From a virus: 64,000 bases of DNA. Position 1 is the first letter of the stretch. Every line of letters starts with the position of its first letter. The stretch covers positions 1 through 64,000 of IMG/VR virus record IMGVR_UViG_3300042876_000418; one strand, written 5' to 3'. Made by a program: the position numbers and the translations under genes. A model generated the notes under the pieces. The model was not told the DNA's origin. It was given only the letters and a program-made list of their open reading frames with translations, and did no database searches. Positions 28,397 to 36,731 of the stretch are shown here, in pieces.

Positions 28397-28612
28397 ATGA
28401 GACAGAATCGTAAATTCAAGCCACAAATCAGGCCCCGGCGGAAAGCCGTCAAACTGTATTTCACTCCCACAGGGCGAAGGATAACGGACGCGATTGTCCA
28501 GCACGAAGAGCGGGTCATCTGCCCGATCTGCGAGGCGGCGGTTATTCAGGATGAATTCTTGAGTATCAACGGGCGCGAATTGTGCCTGTATTGTTTTGAG
28601 AATGGAGAATAA
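28397..28612 (+). CDS. Small Zn-finger protein
   Basis: CPIC..CLYC. Confidence 0.55.
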   Translation: MRQNRKFKPQIRPRRKAVKLYFTPTGRRITDAIVQHEERVICPICEAAVIQDEFLSINGRELCLYCFENGE

Positions 28613-28616
28613 AAAC

Positions 28617-28838
28617 ATGAATAAACCTTGGTTGCAAAACGTTGATCCGACACAAGAATGCAATCCCGATGATTCCGCGATTCGGGCGGGATTGCCTGAA
28701 ATCGACAAGCCGGTATTTGTCAAACTAGAAGGCGACAAAAACAAGAAAGAGTACAACGCCCGTTATCTGGGCGGTAATTTATGGACGGTTGCAGGTAAGA
28801 TCGTGTCTACCTGCTCAATCGCAAATTGGCGTTATTAG
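28617..28838 (+). CDS. Hypothetical protein
   Basis: GGAG RBS. Confidence 0.55.
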   Translation: MNKPWLQNVDPTQECNPDDSAIRAGLPEIDKPVFVKLEGDKNKKEYNARYLGGNLWTVAGKIVSTCSIANWRY

Positions 28839-28850
28839 GAGAATTGAACC

Positions 28851-29603
28851 ATGAAAACTATCTGTATCACCAACCAAAAAGGCGGGGTAGGAAAGACTAC
28901 CACTGCCGTTAGTCTGGCCCACGGGCTGGCCCTACTGAAAAAGAAAGTGCTGTTGATCGACTTTGACCCCCAGGGTCAAGCCGCAACCTGCCTGAATATG
29001 GAGCCGCGCAACGATGTATTCAACTGGCTGATTAGCGAGTCTCCCTACGACTCATGTGCCCAGGAAACCAGCCGGCCCCGCTTGCACCTGCTGGCAGGTA
29101 GCAAGAAAACGGCCACCGCTCAGACGGTCATCACCTCCAATCGTGAGCCGGTTGAATTTATCAAGCAAGCCATCCAAGTGCTACTCAAAGGCCGCGGCTT
29201 CGATTACGTAATCCTGGACACGGCCCCCAGCCTGGGCGGCATTCAAGAGTTGGCTATTTTCGCTTCTGACTACCTGGTTATCCCGGCTTCGTGCAATTTC
29301 CTCCCGGTCGAGTCCATCGGTAAGACGCTTGAGACCGCCGGCGTCTTACGTGAGCGATTCGGGTGGGGTGGGCATCTGATTGGAATCCTCCCTACATTCC
29401 TTGACGAAAGGACCAACGAGTCGACTACCGTGTACAACGAGATCCGCGCGAAATTCAACGGGCAGACATTGACCCCGATTCACGCGGCTACTGTCCTTTC
29501 CGAGTGCCCGGCTGAAGGGTTGACCATCTTCGAGAAAGCACCCAAGAGTCGGGCGTCCAACGAGTATGGCGCTCTTGTGCGCAAAGTCGCTGAGGTGAAA
29601 TAA
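28851..29603 (+). CDS. parA: ParA/Soj family partition ATPase
   Basis: NQKGGVGKTT, IDFDPQG, LDTAP. Confidence 0.93.
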   Translation: MKTICITNQKGGVGKTTTAVSLAHGLALLKKKVLLIDFDPQGQAATCLNMEPRNDVFNWLISESPYDSCAQETSRPRLHLLAGSKKTATAQTVITSNREPVEFIKQAIQVLLKGRGFDYVILDTAPSLGGIQELAIFASDYLVIPASCNFLPVESIGKTLETAGVLRERFGWGGHLIGILPTFLDERTNESTTVYNEIRAKFNGQTLTPIHAATVLSECPAEGLTIFEKAPKSRASNEYGALVRKVAEVK

Positions 29604-29911
29604 TGGCCCGCCGATCTTCCACCGCTGCAATTTCAGATGAACCCGTTTCGGCATTCCTGCCGCCGGCGGAATCGCGCTCAAAGCGTGATCGTAGTTGGGA
29701 AGCCGAACAACGCAAGAAGGGTGTGGTCACCTATCGAGGAATCCCGTCCGATGTCACAGCGAAAATTCGCGCCGTGTCCGAGGAGTTGGATGTCCCCGTG
29801 GGCGACGTGGTGCGCCTGTTTTTGGAGCACGGGTTAGCCCAATACAAGGCAGGTGTGCTGCCCATGAAACCCCGGCTAATCAAGGGCAAGTATGGTCTCT
29901 ACGGAAAATGA
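29603..29911 (+). CDS. ParG-like RHH centromere-binding protein
   Basis: Coupled to parA; disordered N-terminus then VTYRGIP..IRAVSEELDVPVGDVVRLFL. Confidence 0.6.
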   Translation: MARRSSTAAISDEPVSAFLPPAESRSKRDRSWEAEQRKKGVVTYRGIPSDVTAKIRAVSEELDVPVGDVVRLFLEHGLAQYKAGVLPMKPRLIKGKYGLYGK

Positions 29912-29916
29912 GATAT

Positions 29917-30042
29917 TTTTTTGTCCTCAGCCTTGCCGCTTGCGTCAATGTAAGCGGGCTGTAAGCGGCATGTAAGCGGCGTGAATACTTGACGCTTGCG
30001 GAGTGGTAAGCGGTAAGACTACAGGACGGGCTGAGACAAAAA
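29917..30042. repeat. Putative centromere: TGTAAGCGG x3 at 11-bp period inside imperfect inverted repeats
   Basis: Copies at 29949, 29960 and 29971; partial copies at 30006 and (inverted) 29936. Confidence 0.6.
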
Positions 30043-30115
30043 TTCACGGTATAGACGCAGGATTTTACACAGTAGTGAAAATAGGCCCGGAATCTGGTAA
30101 AAGGTAGGCGTAAGG

Positions 30116-30643
30116 ATGATGAAGAAAACGAAAGTCGGTAACGGAATATTCACATCGTTTGAAATTGCGAATGGGGCGTGGTTCACCTGTACCCGATCCG
30201 CCTGTGGACATACGGAGTATTCAAGCGGGCGGTATTATCTCAAGCGGGCGAATCGCTGCCCGGTGTGCAAGTATGGGCTGTTCCTGTCTGAATTCTTTCT
30301 GAAAACTTACACCGCCTGGCTGGAAGAAAACGAGCCAACATTGCAACGGATGATTGCAGATCATCACCGCTACCTGGCTACCCTGCGCGAAAAGTCGTTT
30401 TCCATCATGCTCAACGCCGCCGTGGATTGGCAATACCTGACGGTCAAAGCCGGGCGCATGGCCCATAAAAGCGAGTGCGATTCGTGGCTGATGACGCGGT
30501 ACGGAATAGACGAATGCGCCGCGCGGGATATCACCAACACGATCACGTCCGGCCCGCGCCACTTTATCACCGGTAACGATGGGGTATCGTGGATCGCTAC
30601 CCGGCCAGAGCCGAAGGAGGAAGACTACCCAGACTTGAAATAA
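30116..30643 (+). CDS. Hypothetical Zn-ribbon protein
   Basis: CTRSACG..CPVC. Confidence 0.6.
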   Translation: MMKKTKVGNGIFTSFEIANGAWFTCTRSACGHTEYSSGRYYLKRANRCPVCKYGLFLSEFFLKTYTAWLEENEPTLQRMIADHHRYLATLREKSFSIMLNAAVDWQYLTVKAGRMAHKSECDSWLMTRYGIDECAARDITNTITSGPRHFITGNDGVSWIATRPEPKEEDYPDLK

Positions 30644-30756
30644 GGACGATTCTCACTGTCCATTTATGACAGTGTAAAACGATAATTTTAATCTATTTCT
30701 AATATAACGGATGTATTATTGAACTAGAAACAAATTTCAGTTCTGGAGGGAACGAG

Positions 30757-31104
30757 ATGATTACAGTAAATTGTCACAGTGGCGGTACGGACTATCAGGC
30801 AGAAATTGAACCCGGAAAAAACATCACGGTCAAGGCGACGGTAGTAGTCGGCTATACCAGTTCACCTATCACCCCGAAAACGCAAGATTTTGAAACCTCT
30901 TTCAACCTGGGCGACAAAGCCGAATATGATAGTTATAACTTATCGTATTACGGGACGATTACCAAAATTTCCCCTAAGCAGGTTTGGATTGAGGATCACG
31001 GCACGACTCGCCGCCTGAAGATCGAAGATTTCTGCTGGCGCAATTATCGGTTCAATCTCAAGCAAACCATTGAAAGTAATTCCTTGACTCTGCAAAGTAT
31101 TTAG
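30757..31104 (+). CDS. Hypothetical phage protein
   Basis: GGAGGGAAC RBS; AEYDSYNLSYYGTI. Confidence 0.7.
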   Translation: MITVNCHSGGTDYQAEIEPGKNITVKATVVVGYTSSPITPKTQDFETSFNLGDKAEYDSYNLSYYGTITKISPKQVWIEDHGTTRRLKIEDFCWRNYRFNLKQTIESNSLTLQSI

Positions 31105-31117
31105 GTATAGAGGGAAT

Positions 31118-31495
31118 ATGAAACCAATTTTCTATAAAGCCGAATCGCGCTGGATATGTGCCCCAGGTGGGCTACTTGACCCAACCGAGTGCCGCTTGAT
31201 CGTGGACGAATTGAACGCTACCGGATTCAAGATCGGGGTCTATGTCCGATTACGGACTGGCGGCACAATCGGAATTGTTACCGATATTGACGGTTGCAAG
31301 CCGGTTGTTAGTTTCGAGAACGGCATTGAGGATACCATAGCCGATTCTCTGCCCGCCACTTATTATGAGGTCGTGTCTCAAACGGCCTATGAAGCCGAAC
31401 TGCAAGCCAACGCCGAATACGTGGAAGAGTGCGCCCGGCGTAATCAGGGAGCCTCCGAAAAATGGGGCTTTGTGTTTCAGGAATATGGAGGATGA
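31118..31495 (+). CDS. Hypothetical protein
   Basis: ORF with RBS. Confidence 0.6.
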   Translation: MKPIFYKAESRWICAPGGLLDPTECRLIVDELNATGFKIGVYVRLRTGGTIGIVTDIDGCKPVVSFENGIEDTIADSLPATYYEVVSQTAYEAELQANAEYVEECARRNQGASEKWGFVFQEYGG

Positions 31496-31496
31496 A

Positions 31497-31964
31497 ATGA
31501 AAATCGCTGTTATCCTTTTACTCACCGCTGTTATCGCCTTGGGATTGTGGTCTTTGATCCCGCCACAAAGTACTGCCGCGACTCGTCTTGACGTGGTTGA
31601 GGGTTGGGTATCCAGCCTGGACAAGCCGTCTACCAATCGCGGGATCGCTTACCATACCGAAAACTCAGGCATGACCTACGTTAGCCCGGCGGGCGGGATG
31701 GCGATCATGAAATGGGATGTTGACGGCGTGGGTGTTGGATTCGTGCTGCTCCGCAACCGGGGCGCGTGGTACAACGATAACGGCGGGTTTATCTCCAGCC
31801 CGACTACATGGGCCACTATTCGAGATGGAATCGTGGCGCTCGGATGGAGTGAGGCTGAAACCGGAAAACAGAATCCCGGTAAAATGTCGGTAATGAAGGA
31901 CGAAATCGACTCCGATGCAGGCTTGTCAATCTCTGATTTTTTGGCGAAGTTGGAAGGAAAATAA
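31497..31964 (+). CDS. Secreted or membrane-anchored hypothetical protein
   Basis: MKIAVILLLTAVIALGLWS signal-like N-terminus. Confidence 0.6.
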   Translation: MKIAVILLLTAVIALGLWSLIPPQSTAATRLDVVEGWVSSLDKPSTNRGIAYHTENSGMTYVSPAGGMAIMKWDVDGVGVGFVLLRNRGAWYNDNGGFISSPTTWATIRDGIVALGWSEAETGKQNPGKMSVMKDEIDSDAGLSISDFLAKLEGK

Positions 31965-31966
31965 AC

Positions 31967-32179
31967 ATGTGGCGCGATGGAATTTTTATCGAACAGGGTG
32001 ATTACGAATCCGATCTGATTTACTGCTCGGAGTGCGAGGTTCTTTTTAGCGGATCGCCAGAAATGCGCATTGAGCAGAAAACGGGCGGGAATCCGGGCGA
32101 AGAATTCCCGATTGACGTGGTGATTGCAAAGTACGCCTGTACAAATTGCGGGCATACGTGGGAAGAGGTGCAAGGATGA
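31967..32179 (+). CDS. Small Zn-ribbon protein
   Basis: CSEC..CTNCG. Confidence 0.55.
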   Translation: MWRDGIFIEQGDYESDLIYCSECEVLFSGSPEMRIEQKTGGNPGEEFPIDVVIAKYACTNCGHTWEEVQG

Positions 32180-32601
32180 AACAATCCGATCTTGATAAGC
32201 TGGAAGAGTTGCGCGCCAAAGCGGATATGCCGCGCGTGATGAAATTTAGCCCGGATAGTTTGAACGGGTGGAACACAATGTATATGCTCGTGCCTGAGTT
32301 CGGTAAGGTGCCCGGAATCGGGATTGAAATTTGTGAGCCAGTCCCAGGATTCGGGGATCTGGAAAAGCAGAAAACCCGCGCTGAGTATGTTGCCCTGGTC
32401 TGCAATATCGCCCCTGCCCTGGCTAAATCTAACGCAGCTATGATCGCCATCATGCGTGACGCTATTGAGCGGGCGATTGAAGCACAAGAGGAATGGGCGG
32501 ACGTTGAATTGCCCTACGCGCCCGAGTGGGTGTACCCACTCCGCCAGATCGTCAATCTACTGACGAATGCCGTCGCTCAGGCTGAGGGGGAATCGTCATG
32601 A
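32176..32601 (+). CDS. Hypothetical (Ead-like) protein
   Basis: Coupled ORF. Confidence 0.55.
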   Translation: MKQSDLDKLEELRAKADMPRVMKFSPDSLNGWNTMYMLVPEFGKVPGIGIEICEPVPGFGDLEKQKTRAEYVALVCNIAPALAKSNAAMIAIMRDAIERAIEAQEEWADVELPYAPEWVYPLRQIVNLLTNAVAQAEGESS

Positions 32602-32915
32602 CACAATGGAGATTGGAAATCGACAACGATGATGACGACCCAAAGAAATGCGTAAACGCGCCGATCATGGCATGGGTCTGGGACGGTGAAAATTCCGTAA
32701 TTTGTCGCCCAATCCGAGATGAACGCGACCGCAAAAACATGCGCCTGATTACTGCGTCTCCCAGGCTGCTTGAGGCGTGCAAACTTCAAATTTCATTTCT
32801 GCGCACGCTGCGCGATAATTACCCGGACTTATGGGATCAAATCGTCAACATATCATCCGTCACAGCATGGGACGAATTGAAAACCGCTATTCGTGAGGCT
32901 GAGGCGGAATCATGA
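32598..32915 (+). CDS. Hypothetical phage protein
   Basis: NMRLITASPRLLEAC motif common in phage early proteins. Confidence 0.65.
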   Translation: MTQWRLEIDNDDDDPKKCVNAPIMAWVWDGENSVICRPIRDERDRKNMRLITASPRLLEACKLQISFLRTLRDNYPDLWDQIVNISSVTAWDELKTAIREAEAES

Positions 32916-33340
32916 CTATTCGATTTCTTCTCCAGCACATCCGCCGTCCTGTCAAGCCTGATGAAACCGTACCTGACTCAGACTGGCATACCATGACCGC
33001 GCATACGAGCGAGAGCGCCGCGGATAAGGCGCTCGGTCGTGCTTACGGTAAAATGATGGAACGTTGCGGAATCAAATGGGATGACTCGTTCCGGGTTACG
33101 CCGGCGAAGGATACCGTAATCTCGTTTTCGTTCATCTGCAAAGGTTACGCGAATCCAGATCAGCACGAGTTTACCCCATGCCCTGATAACGCGATGGAAG
33201 TTACCACGGTGATATGGAAGTCTAAAACCGCAAAACCGCCCATCGTAACGTCACGGCCCTGGTATTCACAATTGCAATGCGAAAACTGCAATGAACTCGA
33301 AAGGCAGTGCTACGAAAATAAAAACCGGGCAGTGAGTTAG
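32912..33340 (+). CDS. Hypothetical protein
   Basis: Coupled ORF. Confidence 0.6.
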   Translation: MTIRFLLQHIRRPVKPDETVPDSDWHTMTAHTSESAADKALGRAYGKMMERCGIKWDDSFRVTPAKDTVISFSFICKGYANPDQHEFTPCPDNAMEVTTVIWKSKTAKPPIVTSRPWYSQLQCENCNELERQCYENKNRAVS

Positions 33341-33372
33341 GTCACCGCCCGGCCCGCCAGTTAGGAATTTAG

Positions 33373-33747
33373 TTACGAGGGATCAACGGGGTGGAGTTTG
33401 ACAATCTCAGCTTCGCCCCGGTCGATTTTGCCCTGGAGTTTAGCTTTCTTCACCACGTCAGGCAGGGGGGTGATCGCGTAAGCTGCCTGATTGCCGAGCA
33501 GGGCGGGGATAAGAATTTGAAGCGCAAACGACAATATTCCATCCTTTGAGCATTGAAGCACGACAATCAGCCCGGTACAACTGGCAACGCCACCGATCAG
33601 GGCCAGGCCGATCAACAACATTGCCATGATCTGCTTCTTTTCGTCCTCGGGTTTCGATGCAAACCAGACGTTGAGCTTGGGGACAAAGGTCACAATCAGG
33701 GACACCAGGATCCCACACGCCGCCGCAAAAGTTTCAGTAGTCCACAT
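33373..33747 (-). CDS. Holin-like membrane protein
   Basis: 3 TM helices, PKLNVWF, basic C-terminus; at end of late operon. Confidence 0.55.
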   Translation of the reverse strand: MWTTETFAAACGILVSLIVTFVPKLNVWFASKPEDEKKQIMAMLLIGLALIGGVASCTGLIVVLQCSKDGILSFALQILIPALLGNQAAYAITPLPDVVKKAKLQGKIDRGEAEIVKLHPVDPS

Positions 33748-33749
33748 AT

Positions 33750-34046
33750 TTAACCTTTCCTTTCTGAGTCTAAAATATCGGGGTGGTCTGTCAGGTTGGC
33801 AAACACGACTCCACACCCAAATGCCGGGAATGCCAGGAAGTAAGCGAGGGTCAAGCGCTCTTCGCCCTCGAATTGATTCAATTCCCGAAACGTCAGGTAA
33901 ATCATCGGGAATGCCGCCAGTACGCCAATCGTGTGCCGGATGATATTGGCCCAACGATCCTGGAATACCAGGGTTTTACTATACGTTCCTTTCTGTACTG
34001 CATACCCCATCGCAATAGCCAGGGCAATCAGCCTCAAATACTTCAT
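33750..34046 (-). CDS. Membrane protein
   Basis: 3 hydrophobic segments. Confidence 0.55.
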   Translation of the reverse strand: MKYLRLIALAIAMGYAVQKGTYSKTLVFQDRWANIIRHTIGVLAAFPMIYLTFRELNQFEGEERLTLAYFLAFPAFGCGVVFANLTDHPDILDSERKG

Positions 34047-34048
34047 CT

Positions 34049-34498
34049 TTACCAGTCCTTTCGCCTATCGTTCTGAATTCCGCTTGCCGGGGCGGGCTGC
34101 CATACCGGGGTAATCCTGCGGTCCTTGAGTTGCCCAACCAGGTGCCCGATTCCGATTCTCCATTCGTCAATGATCCGGTCTTTCGCGTCGATCTCGTGTT
34201 GAAGCCGATCTATCTGCTTTTGCATTTCAGCCATTTCAATGCCGTGCTCTTTACGCATGTCGCCCATTTCTTTGCGCAGGTCTGAAATTTCATCGCTATA
34301 ACTCTTGATCGCCGTGGCCGCGCTGTTCGATGTTGAGATAGCCATGTTGGTATCTTCGATGGGGGCCTTCTGATTGGCGCGTTTCTCAGCCCGTTTATCT
34401 AAATAAAATTGACGGCCCAACGATCCTAAACCGGTAAGGAATCCGCCGATTCCCATAATCGTTGCGAAGTTCGCTACAATGAAATCCCATAGATTCAT
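34049..34498 (-). CDS. TM + coiled-coil protein (lysis-region)
   Basis: N-terminal TM then heptad region. Confidence 0.6.
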   Translation of the reverse strand: MNLWDFIVANFATIMGIGGFLTGLGSLGRQFYLDKRAEKRANQKAPIEDTNMAISTSNSAATAIKSYSDEISDLRKEMGDMRKEHGIEMAEMQKQIDRLQHEIDAKDRIIDEWRIGIGHLVGQLKDRRITPVWQPAPASGIQNDRRKDW

Positions 34499-34500
34499 GA

Positions 34501-34788
34501 CTAAATACCCCTTCTTGACATACGAATATAACGCATAATCTCAACCGACAAGAGAGTGGCTATCCCCTGGAGATGAACTGCGTTTGACCATAGATTGTAA
34601 AGTTTTGCATCAACACCACCGCTAAAATTGTCAATAATAAACGTGAGGATCATAATAAACCCGTGAATACCGAACATTAGCCATGCCACGGGTTCGCCCC
34701 ATCGTTTCGTCTTCACGATCTGCATGATCATAAGTACGATCAATCCGGCGTAGGTAATCAGGCTGAGGTAGATCGAAACGTCAAACAT
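34501..34788 (-). CDS. Membrane protein (holin candidate)
   Basis: 3 TM helices. Confidence 0.55.
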   Translation of the reverse strand: MFDVSIYLSLITYAGLIVLMIMQIVKTKRWGEPVAWLMFGIHGFIMILTFIIDNFSGGVDAKLYNLWSNAVHLQGIATLLSVEIMRYIRMSRRGI

Positions 34789-35619
34789 TTACACTCCAAA
34801 GAAATGCCGTGTGACTTTGAATATCCGCGCTAAAATTGCGTCGGGTAGTGCATCCGCGCACACAAAGGCCAGGGTGATATAACCGGAAAGGTAGTTCTTT
34901 ACATCGTAGCCGCCGATCACGAAGTCTTTGTCAGGGCGATTGATCGAGGCTGGAATACTGGTCGTGTTTACGACTTTGACTCCGTTGTCGAAAACCGCTA
35001 TTTCGGTTGACGGTGTAAATCTACCCGCAACAAAATGCCAACTATTGACCGCGACCGTAGTAGTGTGTACAACTTCCGTATTCCCCACGCCGGTTTCGTC
35101 AACCCTGAAAGCGGCATGAGTCAAGTGTGTCGCTGGATCCACGAAGAAATCCATGCCTAACCCGGCTTTGTCCTCACCAATGACCGTGCCCCATTTTGAT
35201 ATCAGGCCCTGGTAAGTCCCATCGGCCTGAGCTGCGGTATTGCTGCACCAGCATCCAATCGTAAGGCCGTAGGTGGGGGCCGGGTACATCTCCGGTTCAT
35301 CGGGCCGGTTGAACGACTGAGAGGACGCGCGGTCAAATATCCCGTACGGCAAGATGTCATTCAGAATCCCGTAGGTGGGCGCATTGCGGGCCGCCATGTG
35401 CCGTGAATGCCCGGACACGTCCGCAAGATAAGACACGCCGCCTGCGTTGAACACCTGAGACGAAAACGGCCAAAACGCACGCAGGGCAGGCAGGAACATA
35501 TACGCGCTCATGACCTCCCCAATCGACTGCCCGCCATGATCGTAGGTCCGTAATCGCCTAATTTCCGATTCCAGATTCGTAATCCTGCGCACAGTGGTGA
35601 TATCAAGCGGCTCTGGCAT
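34789..35619 (-). CDS. LamG/concanavalin-like tail protein
   Basis: TIGCW..WHFVAGRF..VFDNG..FVIGG. Confidence 0.75.
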   Translation of the reverse strand: MPEPLDITTVRRITNLESEIRRLRTYDHGGQSIGEVMSAYMFLPALRAFWPFSSQVFNAGGVSYLADVSGHSRHMAARNAPTYGILNDILPYGIFDRASSQSFNRPDEPEMYPAPTYGLTIGCWCSNTAAQADGTYQGLISKWGTVIGEDKAGLGMDFFVDPATHLTHAAFRVDETGVGNTEVVHTTTVAVNSWHFVAGRFTPSTEIAVFDNGVKVVNTTSIPASINRPDKDFVIGGYDVKNYLSGYITLAFVCADALPDAILARIFKVTRHFFGV

Positions 35620-36731
35620 TAGAGTACCTTCTCTCCGTATAGGCGTAATGTGATCTGCTCGCCGTTGTCCTGGTCAAAGCCAATCACCAGGGTATCCAAG
35701 CGACAATTCACCGCGTATCCCTTGTACTGAGCGGTCACGAGGTCCCCATAGCGGTAATTGATCCCATACATATAGGTTTTGGTGTCCAGCATATTACCGG
35801 ACAGGATCAGCCGTGGGCGACCCTTGAAAATGATGGTATCCCCAAGATTCTGAAGCGCCACCGAGTCCGAACTATCCCCACCGTCCACAAACGTTTCGCA
35901 ACGGGCGTAGGGTGACGCTGTAGCGCGGATGGTATCCGTGACCGTCTCAATAATCCGAACGTCACCACTACCCGCGCCACCCACATAAGCGGTATTGATC
36001 TCTTCCGAGTAATCGAACAGTAATTCCGGCTGAGACAGATTCCCGTAATCGTAGCCGACATACACCGGGTTGGGACTGCCCGAGGTGTGATCCGTGCCCC
36101 GGTAGTAGGGGTAGGTTTTGAATATCAAGTGACCGGGCGTCGATCCCCGTTCCATATCGAACACCACACGGATTCCTTCCTGTTCTGAATTAGACGCCAA
36201 TTGTGCCACCGCGTCCCAAATATTGCGCCAGGCCAAATCCCCGAATACCGCTTCCCCATCCCCATTATCCGGATCCACGGTAATCCACAGTGAAGCATCA
36301 CGCTCCGCCTCAATCGCCAGGGTTCCGTAGTTCTCGCGTATCAGCGACTTCATGATATCGCCGGCCACCCCGGCTTTTAGGGCGTAATCCGTGCCCGCCG
36401 CATACGCGATGATCCGCCGCTTCAATATGCTATTGCCGTCCTGGGCTACAATCTCCAACGTTTCCACGCCGCCCTGGTCAATCTGGTAGCGGATATACAC
36501 GACAAACCACAAGGCATTTCCAACCAACTCAGAGCGCCCCCCAACCGCGCGCCATACTTCTATTGTCCCATCCCGCCTAAAGAATCCAGGGGGATAGACT
36601 GCCGGGGGTAGACGCAAAGTCAGAGACCCGATCTGATTTTCTTGCAGGGCCAGATCGAGGGTGGAAAACTCCAAATCTCTCAGGAATATTCCGCCGGGGT
36701 TGTAGTACTTGATCGTGTATACCGCTCCCAC
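35619..36731 (-). CDS. Siphovirus minor tail / hub protein (ReqiPepy6 Gp37-like)
   Basis: AYVGGAGSG, RCETFVD, YGINYRYGDLVT. Confidence 0.75.
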   Translation of the reverse strand: MGAVYTIKYYNPGGIFLRDLEFSTLDLALQENQIGSLTLRLPPAVYPPGFFRRDGTIEVWRAVGGRSELVGNALWFVVYIRYQIDQGGVETLEIVAQDGNSILKRRIIAYAAGTDYALKAGVAGDIMKSLIRENYGTLAIEAERDASLWITVDPDNGDGEAVFGDLAWRNIWDAVAQLASNSEQEGIRVVFDMERGSTPGHLIFKTYPYYRGTDHTSGSPNPVYVGYDYGNLSQPELLFDYSEEINTAYVGGAGSGDVRIIETVTDTIRATASPYARCETFVDGGDSSDSVALQNLGDTIIFKGRPRLILSGNMLDTKTYMYGINYRYGDLVTAQYKGYAVNCRLDTLVIGFDQDNGEQITLRLYGEKVL

